The position numbers and the translations under genes were made by a program. A DNA stretch of 64,000 nt from a virus (taxonomy: Duplodnaviria; Caudoviricetes), in IMG/VR virus record IMGVR_UViG_3300036987_000310, positions 312,675-376,674 of that record; one strand, 5' to 3'. Under the pieces are notes generated by a model, which was not told the origin of the DNA, ran no database searches, and worked only from the letters and a program-made list of their open reading frames with translations. The stretch's first letter is position 1. Each line of letters begins with the position of its first letter. Positions 47,398 to 57,149 of the stretch are shown here, in pieces.

Positions 47398-48092
47398 CGG
47401 CATATCTTCGCCAATCGTGTTTGTCCTCTGGCGGGCTGTCGCTGACGCTCAGAAATGAAGACGGGCAGCTTCAGGACGCTCAGTGTGTTAGATGGACCAT
47501 CTCTTCGGCTCATGACGGCAAGCGCGTATCTGGGATTGGGATGAACGCCGTTCGCCGAGGCGTTGGGCAATATTACGCCCCTTGGTACGCAGACGACCCC
47601 ACTGGCGCTTTTGAGATTGAATGGGAATATCAGCGAGATTGGCTTTCGCCGATTGAAAAAGCTGTTGAACGGTTCTTTGTCATGGATTTGGACGATCCGA
47701 CGAATCAAGCCGGACACATCAGGGGCCTGCCTCCCCCTGGAGGCCATGTGTTTGAGCCCGGAGTTCGTGTCAGCGGCCACGACACGACTCTTCGTTTGAC
47801 AAACGCCAACGGCTCTCCGGCCAACGGCTACTCTGTCACATGGAGAGTCGAATGTTCGAATCGTTGTGTTTTGATACCATGGAGCCCGGCCAGAACCCTG
47901 GGGGTTGGCGTATATGGCGTTGAGTTTATCGTGACCACCAATGGTGGAGAATATTTCCTTCGTTGGCGGTGGTCAGAGTCGATCGGGTCTCCATTGCAGG
48001 AAGCAGTTGACGTTTTCCAAGTGGTCAACCCGCGTTGTCCAAAACTTGGGGTTGAAGTGGTCGGGTATAAGGTTCAGCCAAAGGGTGCGTGA
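47394..48092 (+). CDS. Putative structural protein with duplicated Ig-like module
   Basis: Two GxGxY..GxF/Y-x-I/L-x-W-x-W halves, similar to the N-terminus of 50996-51895. Confidence 0.55.
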   Translation: MTAYLRQSCLSSGGLSLTLRNEDGQLQDAQCVRWTISSAHDGKRVSGIGMNAVRRGVGQYYAPWYADDPTGAFEIEWEYQRDWLSPIEKAVERFFVMDLDDPTNQAGHIRGLPPPGGHVFEPGVRVSGHDTTLRLTNANGSPANGYSVTWRVECSNRCVLIPWSPARTLGVGVYGVEFIVTTNGGEYFLRWRWSESIGSPLQEAVDVFQVVNPRCPKLGVEVVGYKVQPKGA

Positions 48093-48112
48093 GACGAAGC
48101 CAAGTTTTGTGG

Positions 48113-48421
48113 TTATTTCATGCTGGCTATGACTAGCCCAGCTGCGCCGAGCAGACACCCTATCAGTTCGTTTCTGCTCGGCCATTCTTTGAAAATCATG
48201 GCAATTAGCATTGGCTCGATGATCAAAATCGTTCCTATGCTCGTGGCTGTGATTTGCCATATCCCGTTTGTTTTATACCCTGTCCAATAACCCCATACTA
48301 GAAGAGGCCATGCGACAAGCCCAAAGGCCAATCCAAAAAATGGTCGGCCTTTGGCCGCAACCATTTCCCCCAGAATTCCGAAAAACTCCCCGAAGAAGAT
48401 TGCTAAAACAACTTTTGTCAT
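48113..48421 (-). CDS. Small multi-pass membrane protein (SMR/DMT-like size)
   Basis: About four hydrophobic segments in 102 aa. Confidence 0.55.
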   Translation of the reverse strand: MTKVVLAIFFGEFFGILGEMVAAKGRPFFGLAFGLVAWPLLVWGYWTGYKTNGIWQITATSIGTILIIEPMLIAMIFKEWPSRNELIGCLLGAAGLVIASMK

Positions 48422-48569
48422 GTTTCATTGCGCCATTGTTTTTTGGGCGAGCCACTATCCGGGCCCTTCTTCGAAGGAGACGCAGTGGTCGGAGTCAAAC
48501 AGCCTCATGCAAATGAACGGGACACAATTCTCTTAGGTTTTGGCTTGGCCCAAAGCCTCATGGTCTGCT

Positions 48570-48902
48570 TTAGTCGTACATCACCCTCTGTACCATCCAC
48601 TCATTCGTCCCCTCCATCAGCGGGACGCACCTGTCGGAGCTGAACGTGCCCTTTTCCACTGCATAGGCAACGGCGCGCTGGAGATGATACGGGCAGAGCG
48701 CTCTGAGGTGTCGGTTCAGGCCGAGACGGAAGAACATGTGCGAGATGTTCCCGCACCCCTCGACTGGCTGTAGTTTTTGAAACCGACGCTCATTTTCCCC
48801 AATCAGCCTCCCAATGGATTCGCATCTGATCGGGCGTTCTCCGCAGAACGGGCGGGCGTCGGTTCCTGCTTCGTACATGTTTGTTAAAAACTCGCCCATC
48901 AT
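48570..48902 (-). CDS. Small Zn-finger protein with C-terminal tag (..WMVQRVMYD)
   Basis: C..C..LCPYH. Confidence 0.6.
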   Translation of the reverse strand: MMGEFLTNMYEAGTDARPFCGERPIRCESIGRLIGENERRFQKLQPVEGCGNISHMFFRLGLNRHLRALCPYHLQRAVAYAVEKGTFSSDRCVPLMEGTNEWMVQRVMYD

Positions 48903-48906
48903 CGGA

Positions 48907-49152
48907 TTACATTTCCATGATCAAAAGAATTTCTAGCTCTTCGTCAGCCACCCTACGCGGTCGCTCCGTAGAGAAACGACCCCTCTTCCATTCGCAGAAC
49001 TTGTTTGCATGGTGTTCGCACAGACATAACGGTTGTTTTCTTCCTGGAACAACCCAAACCTGAGTGACTTGATTAGCACAATAAAGGTGCGCGCCTGCAC
49101 AGTTAACGTTGCACCGTAGTTTCACCCATACGCCGAAAGGGCTACTCTTCAT
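48907..49152 (-). CDS. Small Zn-finger protein with C-terminal tag (..ELEILLIMEM)
   Basis: C..C..LCEHH; start inferred from overlap with the upstream stop. Confidence 0.6.
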   Translation of the reverse strand: MKSSPFGVWVKLRCNVNCAGAHLYCANQVTQVWVVPGRKQPLCLCEHHANKFCEWKRGRFSTERPRRVADEELEILLIMEM

Positions 49153-49366
49153 GGACCAGGCACACCATTTCCTCTTCCGGGGACATTCTGGTGGAGAAAT
49201 TTGTTCCAGCATACCCTGACATGTTCCAGTGCAGAAAGTTTTCTATGTGGTGTTGGCAGACAAACAGGGTTCCGTTGCTGGTTCTCCAGCATTGGACGGC
49301 TTTTTCATTACATAAACGATAACTCATAGCCCCAATACTGCATATCTTGTAGTAATTGCACTTCAC
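49142..49366 (-). CDS. Small Zn-finger protein with C-terminal tag (..EEMVCLVHEE)
   Basis: C..C..VCQHH; ATGA overlap with the ligase-like gene. Confidence 0.6.
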   Translation of the reverse strand: MKCNYYKICSIGAMSYRLCNEKAVQCWRTSNGTLFVCQHHIENFLHWNMSGYAGTNFSTRMSPEEEMVCLVHEE

Positions 49367-49995
49367 CTGATTTGCCCGCTATCCATGCCATCAAACACCA
49401 CCTTAACCCAATCCGGGTGGTCAATGGTGCGGGTCGGGTGATCTCTTCGGGGAGACCCGAGCTTCTTGAGAACCACTCCGTGAACAAACCCGGACTTCGA
49501 GTCGGTTGAGCTCCGGTGCTCTCGAGCCGATTGAAGAATTTTTTCAAACGATTCGACTGTTGCCGGATGCTGCTGAATGGCGACGATGTTTGGCGCTTTG
49601 TCGCCCACAATGTCAACCAGCCTTTCGTGACGTTTCTCTAGCCTCTCCTGGCTCAAGTCTTCTGTTCCGGCCCGAATGACGTCCCAGAATGCCAAGTTGC
49701 AGACGACTGTCTTGTCGTGTCTCCACGACCCCCTCTTTGTCGGGGTCCATATCTCTCCATCCAGAACAGTTCCTGCAGGAAGTTCCAAAGACGCAATCTG
49801 CTCTCGAAGATTATCGGGCATGGCGATTGGTTTGCGCTCGCGGGTCCATAGCTGGTTTGACCCGTTAACAATCAGGATGGCCCTATACCCATCCCATTTG
49901 GACTCCATGACCCATTTAGACCAATCCGTGGCGCGGAAGAGGCGTTCTGTGACTCGGGTCGGCTTGAACGGGTAAGACCACCACACATTGTTCAT
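49363..49995 (-). CDS. ATP-dependent ligase-like nucleotidyltransferase domain, stand-alone
   Basis: Motif I SKWDGYR, III LDGEI, IIIa FWDV, IV HGVVLK; no OB domain. Confidence 0.75.
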   Translation of the reverse strand: MNNVWWSYPFKPTRVTERLFRATDWSKWVMESKWDGYRAILIVNGSNQLWTRERKPIAMPDNLREQIASLELPAGTVLDGEIWTPTKRGSWRHDKTVVCNLAFWDVIRAGTEDLSQERLEKRHERLVDIVGDKAPNIVAIQQHPATVESFEKILQSAREHRSSTDSKSGFVHGVVLKKLGSPRRDHPTRTIDHPDWVKVVFDGMDSGQIR

Positions 49996-50080
49996 AGCTG
50001 TGCATACCCGTTCAAATTTTCGATTTCCGCTTCATACCGGGTTCGCAGGGTTCGCAGTTTGTCTAAACGTAAAATGCTAC

Positions 50081-50488
50081 ATGTCCAAAATCGGATACGA
50101 CGTCTGGGCTGAGCGCAAATACTCTTTTAGATTTGTTCGCATGGCGAGCAACGGTTCTTTCGAATTCGCTATTGCTGACAAAAACGGCCACCAGTTCAAC
50201 TTGCTTTGCTACGAGGACGGCAGGATTGCTGTTGGACAACAAATTCCTTGCCACAGCATGACTTCCCGACAAAAGTCCGGCTTCGAACAAGCGCTGGCTC
50301 GGTTTGTTTCAAGATGCGAAGCCCCGGAGCTCGAGAAAGCTCGAAAAGACGCTATTAAGCGCAGTTGTGACCGTCTTCGAGAGTCATTCTTGTCCAGTGT
50401 CGACGCTATGATCCAAATTGGAATTAGCGCTGCAGAAGTTCGCCAAATGCTTGACGAGCATTTGGTGTCCTATGTGATGAGTGCATAG
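50081..50488 (+). CDS. Hypothetical protein with C-terminal tag (..EHLVSYVMSA)
   Basis: TAAAAT 5 nt before ATG 50081. Confidence 0.6.
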   Translation: MSKIGYDVWAERKYSFRFVRMASNGSFEFAIADKNGHQFNLLCYEDGRIAVGQQIPCHSMTSRQKSGFEQALARFVSRCEAPELEKARKDAIKRSCDRLRESFLSSVDAMIQIGISAAEVRQMLDEHLVSYVMSA

Positions 50489-50543
50489 CTCCATGTTCCA
50501 AATTATCACGGGAAACATGCATTCTTAATGTCTGATTTGGAAC

Positions 50544-50957
50544 ATGGAAAAAACCGCTGTCATAGACCAAGATTCAAATGGAAAATACTATGTCAGGGGA
50601 GAGCCTGGCAAAAAATTTGATTCATATGAAGGTGCAAAGAAGAGGCTGAATCAGATTGAGATGTTCAAGCATATGAAGGGCAAAAAGCGCAAGAGCTTCA
50701 TGGAAATTGTCGCCCGAGTTGCCGGAATCGTCCCGGTTAGCGGAAAAGCGCCCGGCAAAGACGAAATGAACCTGGCGCTGAAGCAGGCAGCCGAAAAAGA
50801 CCCCCGCCTGGCTTCCATGCTCGGGTGTGACCCATGCGGACAAAAGTGTCCTGTGTGTGGCGCCATAATGGTGTATGACGACGGGCGCGACGCCCATGCA
50901 TGTCCGTGCGGATACTCAGAGCCAAATGGTCCGGCGCTCGTTTCGTTTGACGAATGA
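50544..50957 (+). CDS. Putative virion protein
   Basis: MEKTA start, AKKRLNQIEMFKH motif, IVARVA motif, C-terminal CPVC..CPC. Confidence 0.6.
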   Translation: MEKTAVIDQDSNGKYYVRGEPGKKFDSYEGAKKRLNQIEMFKHMKGKKRKSFMEIVARVAGIVPVSGKAPGKDEMNLALKQAAEKDPRLASMLGCDPCGQKCPVCGAIMVYDDGRDAHACPCGYSEPNGPALVSFDE

Positions 50958-50995
50958 CTTGGTCATCGAGCGATCCTTAATCAGTAGCGTTCAGC

Positions 50996-51895
50996 ATGAG
51001 CGTCGTCTTCAAGCGTTGCCAAGAGCTGATCAGATCCGACGGACTGAACATCTTCTTGAAAAAGAAGGATGGAACCCCGAAGAACGCAGCTGAAATCTTT
51101 TACAACATTTACGACTTTACGACAGGCGTTGAGGTTCTGCTTCCTCCAGAAAATCGCCTTCCGCAGAATCCGGCGGTTGGGGAGTTTTTTGCGGCGTTTC
51201 GGATACCTGCCGACGCCAACATCGGAAAATATCGGATCAGGTGGAAGTTTCGCGAGTATTTGAACTCGAAGCAGGTCGAGGTTCTTCAAGAGTTTGCGAT
51301 TGTCGGAGACGCCACTCAGGTGATCACCGTTCCTGGCGTGACTCCGATTGAGCTCGATCTCATTCGTGGCTTGCGCATAATGTTGCGCGACAACAATCCG
51401 GACAGAAACTACCACTTTGTTCCTCCGGCCGGGGAGGAGTCCATAAATCAGTTCACGCGCGTGTTTGGGTACTTGTGGCTGGACGACGAGCTTAAAGAAT
51501 TTCTGCAGGTGTCGCTCGACTCAATCAACATGTACGCCCCTCAAACTTTTTACGACACGCTGGACCAGCTCATTCTTCAGCACAGAAATTGGCGCACTCT
51601 GTTGTTCACTGGAGCAATGGTGCATTCGATCAACGCGCTGGCGCTCAATTGGGTTGTGGATGAATTTAATTATTCGATTGGCGGCGTCTCGCTTGACTTG
51701 GAAAAATCGTCAAAGTATCAGTCTATGGCAAATGATGCTCAAACGAGATTCACCGATATGGTCACCGCTGCAAAAGAGACGGTGAAAATAATCCGCGGTT
51801 TGAAGCAGTCGAGATATGGTCTAGGAATTCGTTCTTCATTTGGCCCTAGTGTGGGCCGTGGCGCACTTACTCCGCGCAGGTTTCTTGGCGTCTAA
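50996..51895 (+). CDS. Putative head-tail adaptor/neck protein
   Basis: Ig-like N-terminus, LRIMLRD..WLDDEL..FNYSIGGVSLDL; position and motif pattern. Confidence 0.55.
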   Translation: MSVVFKRCQELIRSDGLNIFLKKKDGTPKNAAEIFYNIYDFTTGVEVLLPPENRLPQNPAVGEFFAAFRIPADANIGKYRIRWKFREYLNSKQVEVLQEFAIVGDATQVITVPGVTPIELDLIRGLRIMLRDNNPDRNYHFVPPAGEESINQFTRVFGYLWLDDELKEFLQVSLDSINMYAPQTFYDTLDQLILQHRNWRTLLFTGAMVHSINALALNWVVDEFNYSIGGVSLDLEKSSKYQSMANDAQTRFTDMVTAAKETVKIIRGLKQSRYGLGIRSSFGPSVGRGALTPRRFLGV

Positions 51896-52020
51896 GTAAA
51901 CAAAGTATTCTTTTCCGTGAATAATCTAATGGTAGGTCCGAGTATTTCTCATACTTTAGACCAATCATTAGACTATTTGTTCTAGTATTCTTATGGACGG
52001 CCCGGAATGTAAAAAACAAA

Positions 52021-53904
52021 ATGTATGAATGTGAATACTGTGGCAAAAAATTCAATAAGCCGGTAACCTCAGGCCACAAGCGAAAGTGTCTTAAATTTCT
52101 TGAAGCAAACCCGGATAGAACTCCGCCAATCTGCCTGTGCGGTCATGAGAGTACCTCCCTCACACAAATGAAAAGGCATAGAAGAAACTGCGAAAAATGG
52201 CAGTCTAGGGATAAAAACGCCATCGCGTCAAAACGCTCGAAAGACACTTGTGAAAAGAAATACGGGAACGGGATGACAAACCCCATTCATGTTCCTGAAA
52301 TCCAGGCAAAAAAAGCTGCCACAATGAAAGCTAAGTATGGGGCGGAAAATCCGTTTTCGAGGGAGTCGGTGCTGTTTGAACGTGTTCAGTCTCATTGGAA
52401 CGGGAAAGATAGGACTGCACACTTACCAAAAGATAATTTTGCAAAGCCTGAAATAAAGAAAAAGATTAGGGAATACTGGCTTTCTAGACACGGGGTTGAA
52501 AATCCGTCCCAAGTTCCAGAAATTCGAGCTCGACAACTTGCCACCAATCTTGAGCGTTATGGGGATGAGCAAACGCTTCGTGTTAAAGAAATTCGCGACA
52601 AAGCTACGAAAACAATACTGGAAAAGTATGGAGTCGGACACGTCATGCATGTTGACTCTATTGTTGAAAGGGTTGTCCAAACAAACCTGGAAAGGTATGG
52701 CGTTCCGTGGACTACGATGGACCCGGAAGTTAGAGAGCGGATGAACGCCAGTCAAATAGAACGATGGGGGACGATGTTTTTCAGTAGTGACGCTTGGGCG
52801 AACATGGCTTCAGCGTCATTAAGCAAACGTTTAGAGTCTTACCAGAGTACATGCATTGCGCGGTATGGATATCCACATCCAATGCAAAATCCTGATTATG
52901 CTAGAGATCATCTTAAACACGAACGTAGATCGGGCCCGAATAGAATTGAGAAAAAATTCGGTTCCATGTTTCCAGAGTTCTTGTTTGTTGGAGATGGGAC
53001 ATACTGGAGGTTTTTACCGAGACTTGGCGGAAACAAAAACCCAGACTTTATTCTTCCAGGTTTGACTCAAGATCATCCATTTCGAGATGTGAAAGTCGTA
53101 GTTGAGATTTTCGGGACATACTGGCACTCCGACATTTTCACGGGGAAATCGAGCGTAGATCACGAAACTGAAACTGTTGCTGCGTGGGCAGATGTCGGAA
53201 TAAAATGCATCGTCATATGGGAAAGTGAATTTTCCTCTTTACAAAGTTTGAAGCTAAAAATTTCAGCGTGTATGACTGAAAAACCTTTGACGTCCAGGCT
53301 TTCGGAATTGAAGCCGAATTATGAACAGGTTGACTTTGACCTCAAAGATGTTTCGTATTGTGTTGGGTGCACGGATGACGCACGAGAATTTCTTGAAGAA
53401 CATCATTATGCTGGGTATGGCCGTGCCGGAAATCCTGTGTACATAGCAATTCTTAACGACTCAGTTATTGGAGTTGTGAAATTTGCTCCTCCGATACGCC
53501 AAGGAGTTGCTGCATCTCTTGGGATAAATAACGAAAACCTGATGGAGCTAGACAGGTTTTGCATTCATCCAGCATACCACAAAAAGAACTTCGCTTCACA
53601 CTTCATGGCAAAGGTGTTGAAAGAAGTCAAAACAAACTTTCCGTGTGTGAGGAAACTTGTTTCGTTCGCTGATCCCCGTTTTGGTCATTCTGGGACCGTG
53701 TATAAATCGTCAAATTGGATTGATGTTGGAAAAACAGCGTCGAGTTACTACTACTCCGACTGTGAAGGGAAAGAAGTTAACAAGAAGACCCTGTACGAGC
53801 ATGCAAAAAGGTTGTCTATGACAGAGCGCCATTATGCTAACACGTTCGGGTATGTCCGCGTTAGAATACCTCCCAAGATCAAGTTTATTTACGATCTCCG
53901 CTGA
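52021..53904 (+). CDS. Zn finger + (E/K)xYG repeats + Vsr-like PD-(D/E)XK nuclease + Mom-like GNAT domain
   Basis: CEYC; EKKYG/ERYG repeats; NPDF..VEIFGTYWH; FLEEHHY, ELDRFC, VSFADPRFGHSGTVYKSSNW. Confidence 0.75.
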   Translation: MYECEYCGKKFNKPVTSGHKRKCLKFLEANPDRTPPICLCGHESTSLTQMKRHRRNCEKWQSRDKNAIASKRSKDTCEKKYGNGMTNPIHVPEIQAKKAATMKAKYGAENPFSRESVLFERVQSHWNGKDRTAHLPKDNFAKPEIKKKIREYWLSRHGVENPSQVPEIRARQLATNLERYGDEQTLRVKEIRDKATKTILEKYGVGHVMHVDSIVERVVQTNLERYGVPWTTMDPEVRERMNASQIERWGTMFFSSDAWANMASASLSKRLESYQSTCIARYGYPHPMQNPDYARDHLKHERRSGPNRIEKKFGSMFPEFLFVGDGTYWRFLPRLGGNKNPDFILPGLTQDHPFRDVKVVVEIFGTYWHSDIFTGKSSVDHETETVAAWADVGIKCIVIWESEFSSLQSLKLKISACMTEKPLTSRLSELKPNYEQVDFDLKDVSYCVGCTDDAREFLEEHHYAGYGRAGNPVYIAILNDSVIGVVKFAPPIRQGVAASLGINNENLMELDRFCIHPAYHKKNFASHFMAKVLKEVKTNFPCVRKLVSFADPRFGHSGTVYKSSNWIDVGKTASSYYYSDCEGKEVNKKTLYEHAKRLSMTERHYANTFGYVRVRIPPKIKFIYDLR

Positions 53905-53933
53905 GGTGTAACCTCCTGACATAGGAGGTTCCC

Positions 53934-54155
53934 ATGTCAACAGTTAGAGGTGATCCGCAAGTCGACGTCGACGTTTTGAACTCTGTGAGATCGGCGGAAA
54001 AGCTTGTGAAAACTGCCGCCAAGAATTTGGACGACAAGACCCTCGCGGACATCGCTTCCGCTGCCCACTCGATGCTGGCCATCACTTCGAAGTATCAAGG
54101 CGTGAGACAAGCGCAGCGCACCGCGGTTGTCGGCGGCGCCCGCCGCAAGCGCTAA
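53934..54155 (+). CDS. Small hypothetical protein
   Basis: AGGAGG SD. Confidence 0.65.
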   Translation: MSTVRGDPQVDVDVLNSVRSAEKLVKTAAKNLDDKTLADIASAAHSMLAITSKYQGVRQAQRTAVVGGARRKR

Positions 54156-54190
54156 ATCTTCTTCAACTCGCCTTGATGTATGATCTCTGC

Positions 54191-54556
54191 ATGCAGTGGT
54201 GCCATTCTTGTAAAAAATTTGCCGACTTGAAAGTTTACCCTGGCGGGTCGTTTGACTGTCCCACGTGTGGTCGCGTGGAAGTTCCTCGTCACATGCACTG
54301 TGCCAGATGCGGGTTTGCGTGCCCTCATGTTGAATGCGCGGGGATTCACTGCTGTCCAAACTGCGGAGATCCGAAGCCCGTTGGTTCGCACTACGTAACG
54401 TATGAATTTGGGCAAGGTTGCGATATATGTGGCTTGGAAGGACATCCGCCAAAGTCAGGGTATATGGAGTCGGAGCCGTGCGGCTCTCCTCGCGTCGGCC
54501 TTGGCCTCGCGCCAGGGTTTCATGAAGAGGATGTGAAAGAGATAATGGAGGAATGA
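54191..54556 (+). CDS. Multi-CxxC protein with C-terminal tag (..EDVKEIMEE)
   Basis: Five or more CxxC pairs; TATGAT 6 nt before ATG 54191; start could be 54173. Confidence 0.65.
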   Translation: MQWCHSCKKFADLKVYPGGSFDCPTCGRVEVPRHMHCARCGFACPHVECAGIHCCPNCGDPKPVGSHYVTYEFGQGCDICGLEGHPPKSGYMESEPCGSPRVGLGLAPGFHEEDVKEIMEE

Positions 54557-54810
54557 TGCGGTGTTCTACGTGCGGGTTTAGAACCTTCTCAAGCATTGAA
54601 ATGGCAAAGCACCTTGTGGGGTGCGGCAACGTGGACTTGGCTTTGTTTAAGCAGAAAGAAGAGTGCGACGTCATTCTCCTTCGGAAGGTTCAGCCGACGA
54701 AGGTCGACACTGACGCTATTGTGGACGATGAAATTGAGGGGGCGGACCCGAAGGACAGAAGAAATGCAATTGAAGAAGACATGTCGGTTTTGAAAATCAT
54801 GAACCAATGA
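54553..54810 (+). CDS. C2H2/CxxC small protein with C-terminal tag (..MSVLKIMNQ)
   Basis: ATGA overlap. Confidence 0.65.
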   Translation: MMRCSTCGFRTFSSIEMAKHLVGCGNVDLALFKQKEECDVILLRKVQPTKVDTDAIVDDEIEGADPKDRRNAIEEDMSVLKIMNQ

Positions 54811-55271
54811 TTTCTGATGATGTTAAAAAAGCTTTGATCACGGCTCACATGGATGGGGAACGGTGTCCAGAGCTTGAGCGCGAGAAGCTTCTTGAAAAGA
54901 TGAGCGACTTGAAGCCGGTTCGTGCCGTTCTTGTCGCTATTCACGAAGAATATGCCGAGTGGGAACTGCCTAGCGATCAGTCAGGCAACGCTCTTTTGAG
55001 CGGGGGTAAAATAGAGTCGCGATACCACGGGAACTATGGAAAGTTGTTTTCGTATGAGGTTCTCGAAAACGGGCCGCTCGACAGTGCGTTCCGCGGATGG
55101 CTCCGAAGCTCAAGATCCGTGCTCATTAAAAGTGGCAGGAACCCTGAAAAACTGTCTTCTCCAGGGATGCTGTCTTTGAGTCACAACATGAAGCTTATTG
55201 TTGGGTGGCAAGAAGACTATGTGGACCAAGACTCCTGCATTCTTGCCATGAGTGAAACTATGGACGAGTGA
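54807..55271 (+). CDS. Hypothetical protein with tag-like end (..LAMSETMDE)
   Basis: ATGA overlap. Confidence 0.65.
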   Translation: MISDDVKKALITAHMDGERCPELEREKLLEKMSDLKPVRAVLVAIHEEYAEWELPSDQSGNALLSGGKIESRYHGNYGKLFSYEVLENGPLDSAFRGWLRSSRSVLIKSGRNPEKLSSPGMLSLSHNMKLIVGWQEDYVDQDSCILAMSETMDE

Positions 55272-55489
55272 ATTTTTTCTGCTCGAGTTTCATTATGAAG
55301 CGCGAATGTTTGTGTAAAGCATGCTCGGAATTCATGGACGGCCTTTTGATCAAGTATAGGACTTTGACGTTCACAAGAATCGGTGAGAAGGAGGTTGTCT
55401 TGAGGATCGTGTCAGATCAAGACCCGAATTCTTCTCGTCTGATTGAAGACAACAATATCACAAGCTGCATAGAGCGCATTCCAAAGTAG
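55268..55489 (+). CDS. Small hypothetical protein
   Basis: GTGA overlap; CxCxxC. Confidence 0.5.
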   Translation: MNFFCSSFIMKRECLCKACSEFMDGLLIKYRTLTFTRIGEKEVVLRIVSDQDPNSSRLIEDNNITSCIERIPK

Positions 55490-55511
55490 GCTGTTTTTGG
55501 TCGTTTTCAGG

Positions 55512-56249
55512 ATGACTCACCTTGAGCTTTTCCTGAAAATTGTTTTGTGCGCTGCGGCCTTCGTCACTGCGTTCTTAGGCATTTTCAAAAAGACAATAGA
55601 CGACAATGGGCGTTTGACTAACTATGGGAAGACATGCGTGGCCTGCGTTTGTCTGACGTTTTGTCTCGGCGTTGGAAACGAGGTTTTGAACCTGTCGAAG
55701 GAGGCCGAGTCGTCCGCGGAGAAGAAAGCTGCGAACGATAGAGTCCTTGTCATGCAAGGGAAGCTGGATCAAGCTTCTGAAGATGGAAAGAAGCGTTGGA
55801 AAGAAACAAAGGCGTACATGATAGAAGCTGAAAACGCCAGGAAACGCTTGTCAACGCTTCAGGAAAAGTTGTCAGCACTTCAGGAAAAGCTGTCCGCCAT
55901 AAACGAACGTGTTTCCGATCCGACTCTTAGCCGCATGATTCTTGATGTCAAGCGCCTGGCCGGAGACGACATAAATCTGACAAAAGAGCGTTTGTCTGTT
56001 GTGATATCGGCTATCTCTGAAGTAAATAGTAGTCTTGGAGAAGCTAGGGTTGTTTTGGATGAAAACAAAAACAACTCTCAAAAAATTAAAAACGACATGG
56101 ACTCCATAATGTCTGACATTAACACAATCAAGCTAGAAATGGGCCAGATAAAATCCGCTGTAACCGCTCCGACTCCGACAGTTGAACTGGAGGGTGCGGA
56201 CTCTGGAGACGGATTGGACGCCGCGTTGAGCCGTTTGGACGCTGAATAG
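55512..56249 (+). CDS. Membrane-anchored coiled-coil protein
   Basis: Two N-terminal TM segments followed by long heptad repeats. Confidence 0.65.
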   Translation: MTHLELFLKIVLCAAAFVTAFLGIFKKTIDDNGRLTNYGKTCVACVCLTFCLGVGNEVLNLSKEAESSAEKKAANDRVLVMQGKLDQASEDGKKRWKETKAYMIEAENARKRLSTLQEKLSALQEKLSAINERVSDPTLSRMILDVKRLAGDDINLTKERLSVVISAISEVNSSLGEARVVLDENKNNSQKIKNDMDSIMSDINTIKLEMGQIKSAVTAPTPTVELEGADSGDGLDAALSRLDAE

Positions 56250-56293
56250 GCTTTTATGACTGGGTAAACACAATAACCATGACAGGATTGAAA

Positions 56294-56755
56294 ATGATAA
56301 GCGCCATAGCATCTCGTGTTGCTACCCAATGGCTCTGCAAAAAGATTGCGTTGCAAGAGGATAGCAACATGTCTTTGGAAGATGCCAAGGATTTTTTCGA
56401 AAATCCGGTACACCCGGATGATATACTGCCGTATAAAGATATAGAGTCATTTGCAGAAGCGTCTTTTGACGAGGGTGAGACCACCTTCAATTTGAGCGAC
56501 GTCCGAATACTGTACACTAGCTATCTCAGAAAATGGATTGACGCTGGGAGACCGGACCCGAAAGACCCGAACAACCCCATTCGCCCCAAGGACAACCCCC
56601 AAATCATCGCCGAGTTGAAAGGGTATGGCCTTACGTGGTTGCCGCAGGGAACTAAGAGTGCGCCAGCCCGGCTTGTGTCGGAGCCCATCCGACCTCCCGG
56701 GCCAAATCCGCAGAAGCCTCGTCCGTTTGACCGTCGTTCGCTAGTTAAGTCTTGA
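56294..56755 (+). CDS. Hypothetical protein with IASRVATQW motif
   Basis: CTTTTATG upstream; start 56294 or 56279. Confidence 0.65.
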   Translation: MISAIASRVATQWLCKKIALQEDSNMSLEDAKDFFENPVHPDDILPYKDIESFAEASFDEGETTFNLSDVRILYTSYLRKWIDAGRPDPKDPNNPIRPKDNPQIIAELKGYGLTWLPQGTKSAPARLVSEPIRPPGPNPQKPRPFDRRSLVKS

Positions 56756-57149
56756 CTTTTTTCTCAGGAAGTCTTCTAAGTCTCTCTGATCTGACTGCGT
56801 CGTTCAGTTGCACCAGAAACGTGCTTATCTGAAAAGCAACGAAAGCTTCCGAGTTTGCCATTAAAGCAAGTTCGAACTCTTTCTTTCGTTGGCTTCTGAT
56901 TTCGATCACCTCTTCCGGGAGAGCTTTTGGGGGATCCAAGCCAAGTTTTGACACCCAAGCCAGCATCAAGCGTTGGTCTTTTTTCAAATGGGCTGAGACT
57001 TTTTTCTTGGCCTCTTTTATCCGGGTCGTAAGAGTTGCGGACAGCTCTTTCATGTTGTCGTCTGACAACTCGCTCAGACAGTCAATTTCAAACTGCATAG
57101 TACATACTACACTGAACGGAAACCTGGCCGTTTGTAAAATAACAATCAA
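56745..57149 (-). CDS. Hypothetical helical protein
   Basis: Fills the gap, divergent from 57150; true start is probably internal. Confidence 0.5.
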   Translation of the reverse strand: MIVILQTARFPFSVVCTMQFEIDCLSELSDDNMKELSATLTTRIKEAKKKVSAHLKKDQRLMLAWVSKLGLDPPKALPEEVIEIRSQRKKEFELALMANSEAFVAFQISTFLVQLNDAVRSERLRRLPEKKVKT

